Below the pieces are notes generated by a model. The model did no database searches. It saw only the letters and a list, made by a program, of their open reading frames with translations, and had not been told where the DNA came from. A DNA stretch of 64,000 bases from NCBI RefSeq assembly GCF_046105845.1, contig NZ_CP151004.1. One strand, 5' to 3'. The DNA is from Escherichia coli. GTDB taxonomy: Bacteria; Pseudomonadota; Gammaproteobacteria; Enterobacterales; Enterobacteriaceae. Position 1 is the stretch's first letter. Each line of letters starts with the position of its first letter. Below, one piece after another: positions 58,501 to 64,000 of this stretch. The translations under genes were made by a program, and so were the position numbers.

Positions 58501-61500
58501 AGTATTCGTGCCAGAGACGGCAATATTGACCGTCCCCGCAGGCCAGTTTGTGACGTCTGTCGCCGGAACGCCGACGCTCCAGGTGCCATCGGCGAGTACC
58601 GTTGCGCCATAGGCGACGCCGTTGATAACTACCGTCAACGCCGCCCCCGCCGCCAGTCCGGTACTGCTACCGGTGACCACCAGTGCCTGAACGTGCTCAA
58701 TGCTGTTAATCACATCATCGCCTGCCACGGTATCGACGCGCAGACCAGGTAGGTTGGCGTCTATTACGATGTCGTGCGTTGCGGTGCCAGTATTATTTGC
58801 GGAATTGGTCACCGAGGCGCTGATGGTCAGTTCACCGTTGCCCAGCGCCTGCAAAACGTTCGCAGGTACGCTGACGCTCCAGCTTAAATCTGACTGCACG
58901 GTGGCGGTGTATTGATTGCCGCCAATGATGACAATAACCGTATTCCCCGCAATCGCCGTCCCCGTGACCTGACCGCTGATGGTCTGCGCCACAGCGATTT
59001 CAGCCGCGTTGATAATGTCATCGCCCGCCACGGTATTAATGATTACCCCTGGCAGGAGCGATTCGACATTCACCGTATGGGTGGTGCTGCCGCTGTTGCC
59101 CGCGCTGTCGGTGGCGCTGGCGCTAATCTGATACACCGCCTCGCCCAGTGCGCCGACCGCCGAAGCAGGCACGGTAACGCTCCAGTTACCGGAACCGTCG
59201 GTGGTGGCACTGTACGCCAGGCCGTTCAACATCACGGTGACCGTGGTGCCGATCGCCAGACCGCTGGAGCCGCCGCTGATGGTCAGATCCTGAGTTTTCT
59301 CGGTATTGTTAATAATGTCATCGCCAGAGACAGTATTGATGGTCAGCGTTGGGCCGCTGAGATCAACGGTCACATCGTGAGTCGTGCTGTCGCTGTTGCC
59401 CGCGCGATCGCTCAGGCTGGCGGTGATGGTCTGGCTACCGGTTGCCAGCGCCGTGACATCCGCCGCCGGAATACCGACGCTCCAGTTACCGGAGGCATCC
59501 AGCGTGGTGGTGTAGTTTTTGCCGTTGAGCGAGACGGTCACCACATCGCCTGCCGCCGCGCCCGTGCTGGTGCCGCTCACCACCAGCGCCTGCCCGTGTT
59601 CGATAGCGTTGATGATGTCATCGCCCGCGACGGTGTTAATGGTGAGATCCGGCGCGGTAACGTCCACCGCCAGCGCGTGGTCGGCGCTTGCCGGGTTACC
59701 CGCTTTGTCGCTTACCGTGGCGGTCACGGTATAGCTGCTGGCGATTAATCCGCTTAAATCCGTTGCCGGAACGTTCACGCTCCAGGTGCCATTCGCCTGA
59801 ACGGTGGTCTGGTAAGTGTTGTTATTGAGCGTGACGGTCAGCGTCTGCCCGGCCTGCGCCGTGGTGGTGCCGCTGATGGTGATCCCCGCGCCCGCTTCGC
59901 TCACGTTGAGAATATCGTCACTGGCGATGGTGTTGATGGTCACAAGCGGCGCAGTGGCATCGACGCTGTACGCGCGATCGGCCTGGGCGTTATTGCCGTT
60001 AATGTTGCTGACGTTCGCCTGCACGTTGCCCGCGCCATCCGGCAGCGCAGCGAGATCGGCAGGCGGTACGTTCACCGTCCAGCTACCGTTGGCTTCCACA
60101 GTAGTGGTGTAATTTTTGCCACCAAAGGTGACGGTCACCGTCTGCCCGGCTTCCACGCCGCTGGTGCTGCCGCTTACGACCAGCGTTTCGCCTTTCTCCA
60201 CGGCGTTGATCACATCATCGCCGGACAGGGTGTTAATGGTGATGGCGACCGCCGTCAGATCGACAGTGACCGGATGGGTAATGGTGGAGGTTGTTCCGGC
60301 GCTGTTGGTGCCGCTTACCGTAATATCCACCGTACCCGCAGGCCAGTTGCTGACGTCTGCCGCCGGAATACCGAGGCTCCACGTGCCGTCGGCTAACACC
60401 GTCGCGGCGTAAGTGACGTTGTTGATCACAACCGTTAACGCGGTTCCTGCCGTCAGTCCGCTGCTGCTCCCGGTGATCACCAGCGCCTGATTGTGCTCAA
60501 TGCTGTTAATAACATCATCGCCCGCCACGGTATCGACCCGCAGTCCAGGCAGATTGGCGTCGATCGTGATATCGCGCGAGCCGCTGCCCGTGTTGCCAAC
60601 GCCATTGGTGACCGAGGTGTTAACTGTCAGGTTGCCGTTACCCAGCGCCTGAATATCCGCCGCCGGAACGCTGACACTCCAGCTTAAATTGGCCTGCACT
60701 GTGGCGGTGTAGGTGTTGCCGCCCAGCGTAACGGTAACCGTATCCCCCTGCGCTGCGCCCGTCACCTGCCCGCTGATAGTCTGGGCATTTCCCGACTCGG
60801 CATCGTTAATAATATCGTCGGTCGCCACCGCGTTAATAGTGACGGCAGGCAGCGCGCTGTTGACCAGCACGTTATGGCTGGCGGAATTGCTGTTGCCTGC
60901 GCTATCGGTGACGTTCGCGGTTACCGTGTAGTTGGCTTCCCCCAGCGCGCTAACCGCCGAGGCTGGCACCGTGGCGCTCCAGTTGCCGTTGCTATCGGTC
61001 GTCGCGGTGTAATTTTGCCCGTTCAACGTCACCGTAATGGTGGTGCCCGCAGGCTGATTACTGGTGCCGGTAATTTGCAGATCCGCGCCTTTTTCCGTGG
61101 CGTTAATCACGTCATCGCTGGCGATAGTGTTGATGCCAATGGTTGGCGCGGTCAGATTCACGGTGACCGTGCGGCTGGCATCATCGCTGTTGCCTGCCGC
61201 GTCGGTAATGGTAGCTGTGATGGTTTGCGGGCCGCTGCCCAGCGCGGTGACATCTGACAGCGGAACGCCGACGCTCCAGTTGCCGGAAGCATCCAGCGTG
61301 GTGGTGTAGGTTTTACTGTTTAGCGTGACGGTGATGACATCACCCGCTTCGCCGCCAGTGCTGGAACCGGAGATCACCAGCGCCTGTCCGTGTTCGGCGG
61401 CGTTAATAATGTCATCGCCGGAGATGGTGTTGATGGTCAGCACCGGCACGGTGAGATCCACCGCCAGCCCGTGAGTGGTGGTCGCAGGGTTACCCGCTTT

Positions 61501-64000
61501 ATCGCTTACCGAGGCGCTGACCGTGTACTGACTGGCGGTCAGATTGCTGAGATCCGCCGTCGGCACGCTGACGCTCCAGCTCCCGTCCGCCAGGACGGTG
61601 CCGGTGTAAGTCACGCCATTAAGCGTGACAGTTACCGTCTGCCCCGCTTCGGCGGTGCTACTGCCGCTGATGGTTAGCGGATTGCCCGCCTCGGCGGCGT
61701 TCAGAATATCGTCGGTGGCGATGGTGTTAATGGCAAGCGTCGGTGCCGTGGCGTCGACGCTGTAGGCGTGCGTTGCCGAAGCCGTGTTGCCGTTAATAGT
61801 GCTGACGCTGGCCTGTACCGTGGCGTCGCCGTCGCGTAACGCGCTGAGATTGGCGGCAGGTACGGTGGTTGTCCAGCTACCATCGCCCGCTACGGTAGCG
61901 GTGTAGGTTTTCCCGCCAAAGGTAACGGTGACCGTTTGCCCCACTTCCACGCCGGAGGTGCTGCCTGAAAGGGTTAAATCTGCACTTTTTTCAGCGGCAT
62001 TAATCACATCGTCGCCGGAAACGGTGTTAATGGAGATCGCCACAGCTGCCAGATCGACGGTGACTGGATGGGTGATGGTGACCGGGTTTCCTGCGCTAGT
62101 AGCACCTGAAACCGTGATATTCACCGTACCCGCAGGCCAGTTGCCCACATCTGCCGCCGGAACACCAACGCTCCATGTGCCATCGGCTAATACTGTCGCA
62201 GCGTAAGTGACCGTGTTAATCACCACCGTCAGCGCCGCGCCCGCCGCCAGCCCGCTGCTGCTACCAGTTATCACCAGTGCCTGACTGTGCTCGATGCTGT
62301 TGACCACATCATCGCCCGCCACGGTATCGACGCGCAGGCCAGGCAAATTAGCGTCGATAGTAATATCTCGCGAACCGCTGCCGGTATTACCAACGCCGTT
62401 GGTCACCGAGGCATTAACTGTCAGGTCGCCATTGCCGATGGCCTGAATATCCGCCGCCGGAACGCCCACGCTCCAGCTTAAATTGCCCTGCACGGTAGTG
62501 GTGTAGGTTTTCCCGCCAAGCGTTACGGTAACCGTATCGCCCGCCGCCGCGCCCGTCACCTGCCCGCTGATGGTCTGCGCCACGCCCGATTCGGCGGCGT
62601 TAATAATGTCGTCGCTCGCCACCGGATTAAGGGTGACGCCAGGCAGTGCGGTATTCACCTGCACGTTATGGCTGGCGGAATTACTGTTACCCGCGCTGTC
62701 GGTGACATTCGCCGTCACCGTATAACTGGCTTCGCCCAGCGCACTGACGGCGGAGGCTGGCACCGTGGTGCTCCAGTTGCCTGCGGCGTCCGTCGTGGCA
62801 GTGTAATTTTGCCCGTTCAGCGTCAGCGTAATTGTGGTGCCAGCTGGCTGATTACTGGTGCCGGAAATTTGCAGATCCGCGCCTTTTTCGATGGCGTTAA
62901 TCACGTCATCGGTGGCGATGGTGTTAATGCCAATGGTCGGCGCGGTCAGATTCACTGTAACCGTGCGGCTGGCATCATCGCTATTGCCTGCCGCGTCGGT
63001 AATGCTGGCGGTGACAGTTTGCGGGCCGCTGCCCAGCGCCGTGACATCCGCCGCCGGAACGCCGACGCTCCAGTTGCCGGAGGCATCCAGCGTCGTGGTG
63101 TAGGTTTTACTGTTTAGCGTGACGGTGACGACATCCCCCGCTTCTCCGCCAGTGCTGGAACCGGAAATCACCAGCGCCTGCCCGTGTTCGGCGGCGTTAA
63201 TAATATCGTCGCCCGCAATGGTGTTGATGGTGAGTACCGGAACGGTGAGATCCACCGCCAGATTATGCGTGGTGCTCGCCGGGTTGCCTGCTTTGTCATT
63301 GACCGTGGCGGTCAGGGTGTGGCTGCCATCGGTCAATGCCTCAAGATCTGCCGCCGGAATATTAATACTCCAGCTACCGTCGGCCTGTACCGTTGCCTGA
63401 TACGTCTGCACGGTCGGGCTATTGAGCGTTATCGTAACAATCTGCCCTGCCTCGGCAGTGGTGCTGCCGCTCACCGTCACACCCGCATCGGCTTCGCTGG
63501 CGTTGACGATATTGTCGCTGGCAACGGTATTGATAATGATGGTCGGGACACTGCTGTCGACGCTGTAGTTATGCACCGCCGAGGCGCTATTGCCGTTAAT
63601 ATTGCTGACGCTGGCCTGCGCGGAGGCGCTGCCCTCTGGTAATGCTGCCAGATCGGCGGCGGGAACGGTGGCAGCCCAGCTACCATCGCTCGCCACGCTG
63701 GCAGTGTAATTTTTCCCGCCAAAGGTGACGGTGACGGTTTGACCGGATTCTACGTTAGTGGTGGTGCCGGAAAGGGTTAAATCAGCGCCTTTTTCTGTGG
63801 CGTTAATCACATCATCCGTGGCGATGGTGTTGATGGTGATCGCCGCCGGAGTGAGATCGACCATAACCGGATGCGTAATGCTCACCGGATTTTCGGCGCT
63901 ACTTTCCCCGGACACGGTAACCGTTACTGTTCCCGCAGGCCAGGCGCTAACCTGCGCCGCCGTGACGCCCACGCTCCAGCTACCATCGGCCTGCACCGCA
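46579..64000 (-). CDS. Giant RTX-type non-fimbrial adhesin, T1SS substrate; partial (N-terminus beyond window end)
   Basis: Open minus-strand frame from the window edge to TAG at 46579..46581 (at least 5805 aa in window); the leading M in the ORF track is an edge artefact. Dozens of ~100-aa Ig-like domains, a second repeat class, FG-GAP/VCBS-like motifs, RTX nonapeptides and a C-terminal secretion region; stop is 3 bp from the ABC transporter start. Confidence 0.9.
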   Translation of the reverse strand, partial: AVQADGSWSVGVTAAQVSAWPAGTVTVTVSGESSAENPVSITHPVMVDLTPAAITINTIATDDVINATEKGADLTLSGTTTNVESGQTVTVTFGGKNYTASVASDGSWAATVPAADLAALPEGSASAQASVSNINGNSASAVHNYSVDSSVPTIIINTVASDNIVNASEADAGVTVSGSTTAEAGQIVTITLNSPTVQTYQATVQADGSWSINIPAADLEALTDGSHTLTATVNDKAGNPASTTHNLAVDLTVPVLTINTIAGDDIINAAEHGQALVISGSSTGGEAGDVVTVTLNSKTYTTTLDASGNWSVGVPAADVTALGSGPQTVTASITDAAGNSDDASRTVTVNLTAPTIGINTIATDDVINAIEKGADLQISGTSNQPAGTTITLTLNGQNYTATTDAAGNWSTTVPASAVSALGEASYTVTANVTDSAGNSNSASHNVQVNTALPGVTLNPVASDDIINAAESGVAQTISGQVTGAAAGDTVTVTLGGKTYTTTVQGNLSWSVGVPAADIQAIGNGDLTVNASVTNGVGNTGSGSRDITIDANLPGLRVDTVAGDDVVNSIEHSQALVITGSSSGLAAGAALTVVINTVTYAATVLADGTWSVGVPAADVGNWPAGTVNITVSGATSAGNPVTITHPVTVDLAAVAISINTVSGDDVINAAEKSADLTLSGSTSGVEVGQTVTVTFGGKTYTATVAGDGSWTTTVPAANLSALRDGDATVQASVSTINGNTASATHAYSVDATAPTLAINTIATDDILNAAEAGNPLTISGSSTAEAGQTVTVTLNGVTYTGTVLADGSWSVSVPTADLSNLTASQYTVSASVSDKAGNPATTTHGLAVDLTVPVLTINTISGDDIINAAEHGQALVISGSSTGGEAGDVITVTLNSKTYTTTLDASGNWSVGVPLSDVTALGSGPQTITATITDAAGNSDDASRTVTVNLTAPTIGINTIASDDVINATEKGADLQITGTSNQPAGTTITVTLNGQNYTATTDSNGNWSATVPASAVSALGEANYTVTANVTDSAGNSNSASHNVLVNSALPAVTINAVATDDIINDAESGNAQTISGQVTGAAQGDTVTVTLGGNTYTATVQANLSWSVSVPAADIQALGNGNLTVNTSVTNGVGNTGSGSRDITIDANLPGLRVDTVAGDDVINSIEHNQALVITGSSSGLTAGTALTVVINNVTYAATVLADGTWSLGIPAADVSNWPAGTVDITVSGTNSAGTTSTITHPVTVDLTAVAITINTLSGDDVINAVEKGETLVVSGSTSGVEAGQTVTVTFGGKNYTTTVEANGSWTVNVPPADLAALPDGAGNVQANVSNINGNNAQADRAYSVDATAPLVTINTIASDDILNVSEAGAGITISGTTTAQAGQTLTVTLNNNTYQTTVQANGTWSVNVPATDLSGLIASSYTVTATVSDKAGNPASADHALAVDVTAPDLTINTVAGDDIINAIEHGQALVVSGTSTGAAAGDVVTVSLNGKNYTTTLDASGNWSVGIPAADVTALATGSQTITASLSDRAGNSDSTTHDVTVDLSGPTLTINTVSGDDIINNTEKTQDLTISGGSSGLAIGTTVTVMLNGLAYSATTDGSGNWSVTVPASAVGALGEAVYQISASATDSAGNSGSTTHTVNVESLLPGVIINTVAGDDIINAAEIAVAQTISGQVTGTAIAGNTVIVIIGGNQYTATVQSDLSWSVSVPANVLQALGNGELTISASVTNSANNTGTATHDIVIDANLPGLRVDTVAGDDVINSIEHVQALVVTGSSTGLAAGAALTVVINGVAYGATVLADGTWSVGVPATDVTNWPAGTVNIAVSGTNTAGTTTSITHPVTVDLATVAITINTLSTDDVINAAEKGSDLQLSGTTSGVEAGQTITVIFGGKSYTTTVAAGGTWGLTIPVADLATLPDGAANVQASVSNVAGNSAQATHAYSVDATAPSVTINTIASDDILNAAEAGSALTISGTTTAEAGQTVTVTLNGVNYSGNVQADGNWSVSVPTGDLANLTVSPYTVSAAVSDKAGNPASATHNLTVDLAAPVVTINTVAGDDIINATEHAQAQIISGSATGATTGNTVSVTIGTTTYTTVLDANGNWSIGVPASVISALAQGDVTITATVTDSAGNSGTASHSVSVALGAPVLSINTIAVDDIINATEKGADLAISGTSDQPAGTQITVTLNGQNYTTTADASGNWSVTVPASRVSALGEATYTVTAAATDSDGNSGSASHNVQVNTALPGVTINVVASDDIINAAEAGAGQSISGQVTGAAAGDTVTVTLGGATYTATVQANLSWSINVPAAALQALGNGELTISASVTNSVGNTGNGTREITIDANLPGLRVDTVAGDDVVNIIEHGQALMITGSSSGLATGSNVTLTINGQTYVAAVLADGSWSVGVPAADVSAWPAGTVTITASGSTTAGNPVSVTHPVTVDLTAVAVSINAITADDVINAAEKGAALTLSGSTSGVEAGQTVTVTFGGKTYTASVAANGSWSTSVPAADMAALRDGDASAQANVSNVNGNSATTTHAYSVDATAPTVTINTIAGDDILNAAEAGAALTITGSSTAEAGQTVTVTLNGENYTGTVQTDGSWSVSVPPADLSALTASNYTVNAAVSDKAGNPASVNHNLTVDTSVPVVTINTVAGDDVINATEHAQAQIISGSATGAATGSTVTVTIGTNTFTTVLDASGNWSVGVPASVVSALANGTVTINASVTDAAGNSGSATHQVTVNTGLPSITFNAISGDNVLNADEKGQPLTISGSSTGLATGAQVTVTLNGHNYSATTDAAGNWTLTVPVSDLAALGQANYTVSASATSAAGNTASSQANLLIDSGLPGVTINTVAGDDIINAAEAGADQTISGVVTRAAAGDTVTVTLGGNTYTTTVQGNLSWSISVPAADLQALGNGDLTINASVTNANGNTGSGTRDITIDANLPGLRVDTVAGDDIVNSIEHGQALVITGGSSGLNAGVPLTITINGTAYSATVQADGSWSVGIPATNVSAWPAGALTVDVAGQSSAGNPVSVSHPFTVDLTAVAISINTVASDDVINAAEKGTGLTLSGSTSGIESGQTVTVIFGGKTYTASVAANGSWSVNVPAADLATLPDGAANVQASVSSASGNSASATHAYSVDASAPTLTINTIASDDILNATEAGSPLTISGTSTAETGQTVTVTLNGATYSGNVQADGSWSVSVPPSALGALSASNYTVSATVNDKAGNPGSASHNLAVDTTAPVLTINTVAGDDIINDAEHAQALVISGTSTGGEAGDVVSVVLNGKTYTTTLDASGNWSVGVPAADVTALGSGAQTITASVSDRAGNSDDASRTVTVSLSAPVISINTIAGDDVINATEKGSDLTLSGTSDQPAGTAITVTLNGQNYSATTDASGNWSVTVPASAVSALGEATYSVTASVTNAQGNSSTASHNVQVNTALPGVTINPVATDDIINAAEAGSAQTISGQVTGAAAGSTVTVELGGKTYTATVQADLSWNVSVPAADWQALGNGELTVNALVTNAVGNTGSGTRDITIDASLPGLRVDTVAGDDVVNIIEHAQAQVITGSSSGFAAGTALTVVINNQTYAATVLANGSWSVGVPAADVSNWPAGTLNITVSGANSAGTQTSITHPLTVDLTTVAISMNSITSDDVINAAEKGAALTLSGSTSGVEAGQTVTITFGGKTYTTTVAANGSWSTTVPAADMAALRDGDASAQVRVTNVNGNSATATHEYSVDSAAPTVTINTIASDNIINASEAAAGVTVSGTSTAETGQTLTVTLNGTNYQTTVQADGSWSLTLPASDLTALANNGYTLTATVSDLAGNPGSASKGVTVDTTAPVISFNTVAGDDVINNVEHTQAQIISGTATGAVAGDRLVVTIAGQQYVTSTDASGNWSVGVPASVISGLADGTVTISATITDSAGNSSTQTHNVQVNTAAVSLSVSTISGDNIINAAEAGSALTLIGTGTNFAAGTVVTVLLNGKGYSATIQSNGSWSVNVPAADVAALADGTSYTVSASAQDSAGNSATASRSVAVDLTAPIISINTVSTDDRLNAAEQQQPLTLNGSTSAEVGQTVTVTFGGKTYTATVAANGTWALNVPAADLAALGQGAQTITASVNDRAGNPGQTTHALTVDTVAPTVTIATVAGDDIINNAEQLAGQTISGTTTAEVGQTVTVTFNGQSWTATVGSGGSWSVFIPAQQFAGLSDGSYTISASVADQAGNPGSASRGVTLNGDVPTVTINTFAGDDVVNAAEHGSSLVISGTTTAPVGQTLTLTLNGKTYTTTVQTGGSWSYTLGSADVTALTDGNAYVINASVSNAIGNTGSSNHTITVDLSVPAMGINIDSLQADTGLSASDFITSVSPVVVNGSLTAALASNETAQISIDGGVTWTTLTVTGTTWRYNDSRTLTDGNYLYQVRVIDAAGNVGATDSQNVVIDTIAPDPAVKTIAISAITTDTGLITNDFVTSDTTLAVSGTLGAALSAGEFAQISIDGGTTWQNLSVSGLTWTYLDGRTLSDGNYNYQVRVIDTAGNIGATASQIVTVDTTAPLASKTIAIAGISDDTGLSSSDFVTRDTTLTVRGTLGAALAADERAQISLDGGVTWTTLTVIGTSWSYADGRTLTDGTWNYTVRVVDLAGNVGQTATQNVVVDTTSPEAAKSITITGISDDTGASSSDFITSDTSLTVRGVLGAALGANEFAQISTDNGATWVNVTVAADGLNWSYVDGRTLTNGTTTWQVRVVDLAGNVGATGSQSALIDTVNPAQVLTIASISTDTGSSATDFITSDTTLTLTGSLGAGLASGEVAQISLDGGATWITLTTNGTQWTYTDSRTLTDGSYVYQVRVLDLAGNTGPVVSKTVVVDTINPTATPTIVSYTDDVGQRQGTLSSSQATDDTTPLLNGVLSGPLASGEVVYLYRNGLLLGAVTMVGALNWTYSDSGLVSGAYTYSARVVDLAGNITASSDFVLTVDTSIPTTLAQITSQTTRDTTPIISGVITAALASGQYVEVVINGKTYTSEPGGAVVVDPAHNTWYVQLPDTDALTVSATAYTVTAQVKSSAGNGNNANISNGTVTVNAAIDYTPTWTTVSKTTAWGLTYGLDSHGMWTVLANQQVMQSTDPLTWSKTALTLYQSGNNYATSSIADYDRNGTGDLFITRDDYGTGYINGFTNNGDGTFSSAIQVTVGTLTWYGSIVAFDKEGDGYLDFWIGDAGGPDSNTFLWNNAGTLVGTSTTSNSGGSATVGGAVTGYLSLNEGSGVDLNNDGRIDLVQHTYNLNNYYTLSSLINQGNGTFVWGQNTTNTFLSGAGSGAMSSSVSMTWADFDGDGDMDLFLPASQGRANYGSLLFNTNGVLGSPVAVGATATTYASQFSLAVDWNHDGLMDIARIAQTGQSYLYTNVSNASNWTQSALGGSQSGTTSGVAAMDYDWDGAVDVLVTKQSGSVYLIRNTNTVSYGTSLHLRITDPNGINVYYGNTVKLYNSAGVLVATQIINPQSGMGVNDTSALVNFYGLNAGETYNAVLIKSTGTTASNIDQTVNTSWGGLQATDATHAYDLSAEAGTASNNGKFVGTGYNDTFFATAGTDTYDGSGGWVYSSGTGTWLANGGMDVVDFRLSTVGVTANLSSTAAQATGFNTSTFTNIEGISGSNFNDTLTGSSGDNQLEGRGGNDTLNIGNGGHDTLLYKLLNASDATGGNGSDVVNGFTVGTWEGTADTDRIDIRELLQGSGYTGNGKASYVNGVATLDAQAGNIGDFVKVTQSGSDTIVQIDRDGTGGTFATTNVVTLTGVHTDLATLLANHQLMVV
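46582..47040 (-). other. RTX nonapeptide motifs and C-terminal type I secretion signal region of the adhesin
   Basis: LEGRGGNDTLNIGNGGHDTL (GGxGxD repeats) about 140 aa from the C-terminus, confirmed by reverse-complementing 46961..47020; the final ~60 aa lack Cys. Confidence 0.65.
47400..48750 (-). other. FG-GAP/VCBS-like calcium-binding repeat region of the adhesin (coordinates approximate)
   Basis: Motifs DYDRNGTGDLFI, DKEGDGYLDFWI, DLNNDGRIDLV, DFDGDGDMDLFL, DWNHDGLMDIA, DYDWDGAVDVLV. Confidence 0.5.
48750..50960 (-). repeat. Second class of ~105-aa repeats (about 7 copies) in the adhesin (coordinates approximate)
   Basis: Repeating units with motifs ...I(S/T)xDTGxSxxDF(I/V)TxDTxLT(V/L)xGxLGAxL...ISxDGGxTW...DGRTLTDG...VRV(I/V)DxAGN.... 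Confidence 0.6.
50960..64000 (-). repeat. Array of ~100-aa bacterial Ig-like domains arranged in ~6-domain (~1.8 kb) super-repeats (coordinates approximate)
   Basis: Motifs such as (I/V)NT(I/V)AxDD(I/V)(I/L)NAxE recur about every 99-100 aa; the block IDANLPGLRVDTVAGDD recurs at least 6 times at ~600-aa spacing; antisense ORFs recur with ~300-bp and 1794-bp periodicity (e.g. 61064 vs 62858). Confidence 0.8.

Noticed and set aside
47521-63642. Many plus-strand ORFs of 60-350 aa recurring with ~300-bp periodicity (e.g. 48172..49215, 58912..59748, 53689..54366)
   Set aside because: All lie antisense to the single long minus-strand adhesin frame; their periodicity mirrors the Ig-domain repeats and their composition (Ala/Gly/Arg/Val-rich) is typical of antisense frames in GC-rich repetitive coding DNA.

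Overview
This window reads as an Escherichia coli-type chromosomal segment, reverse-oriented relative to the K-12 map, judged from protein sequences I recognise; no database search was run. About 38 kb is conserved backbone: the end of the sfm fimbrial operon, folD-ybcJ-ybcI, cysS, ppiB, lpxH, purEK, the allantoin/glyoxylate cluster (arcC-ylbF-ylbE-fdrA, allDCE, glxK, ybbY, allB, ybbW, glxR, hyi, gcl, allR, allA, allS), selU, ybbP-ybbA-tesA-ybbO-cnoX, fetAB, qmcA-ybbJ and cueR. Three accessory features interrupt it. (1) The selU-ybbP gap, where K-12 carries the rhsD element, holds a compact candidate type I toxin-antitoxin module: a 27-codon DinQ-like hydrophobic peptide plus a divergent antisense sRNA with a near-consensus promoter. 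(2) Between ybbJ and cueR sits a ~4.5 kb insert encoding a trimeric-autotransporter-like protein with a YadA-type C-terminal anchor and five near-identical 369-bp tandem repeats, followed by a lipoprotein and a small membrane protein. (3) Beyond cueR, and translationally coupled to it, lies a type I secretion operon (HlyD-family adaptor, ABC transporter with N-terminal extension) behind a giant RTX-type adhesin gene of more than 17.4 kb that runs off the window edge. Whether any of these is undescribed cannot be decided from sequence alone; the adhesin/T1SS island resembles loci I recall from pathogenic E. coli and Salmonella SPI-4.
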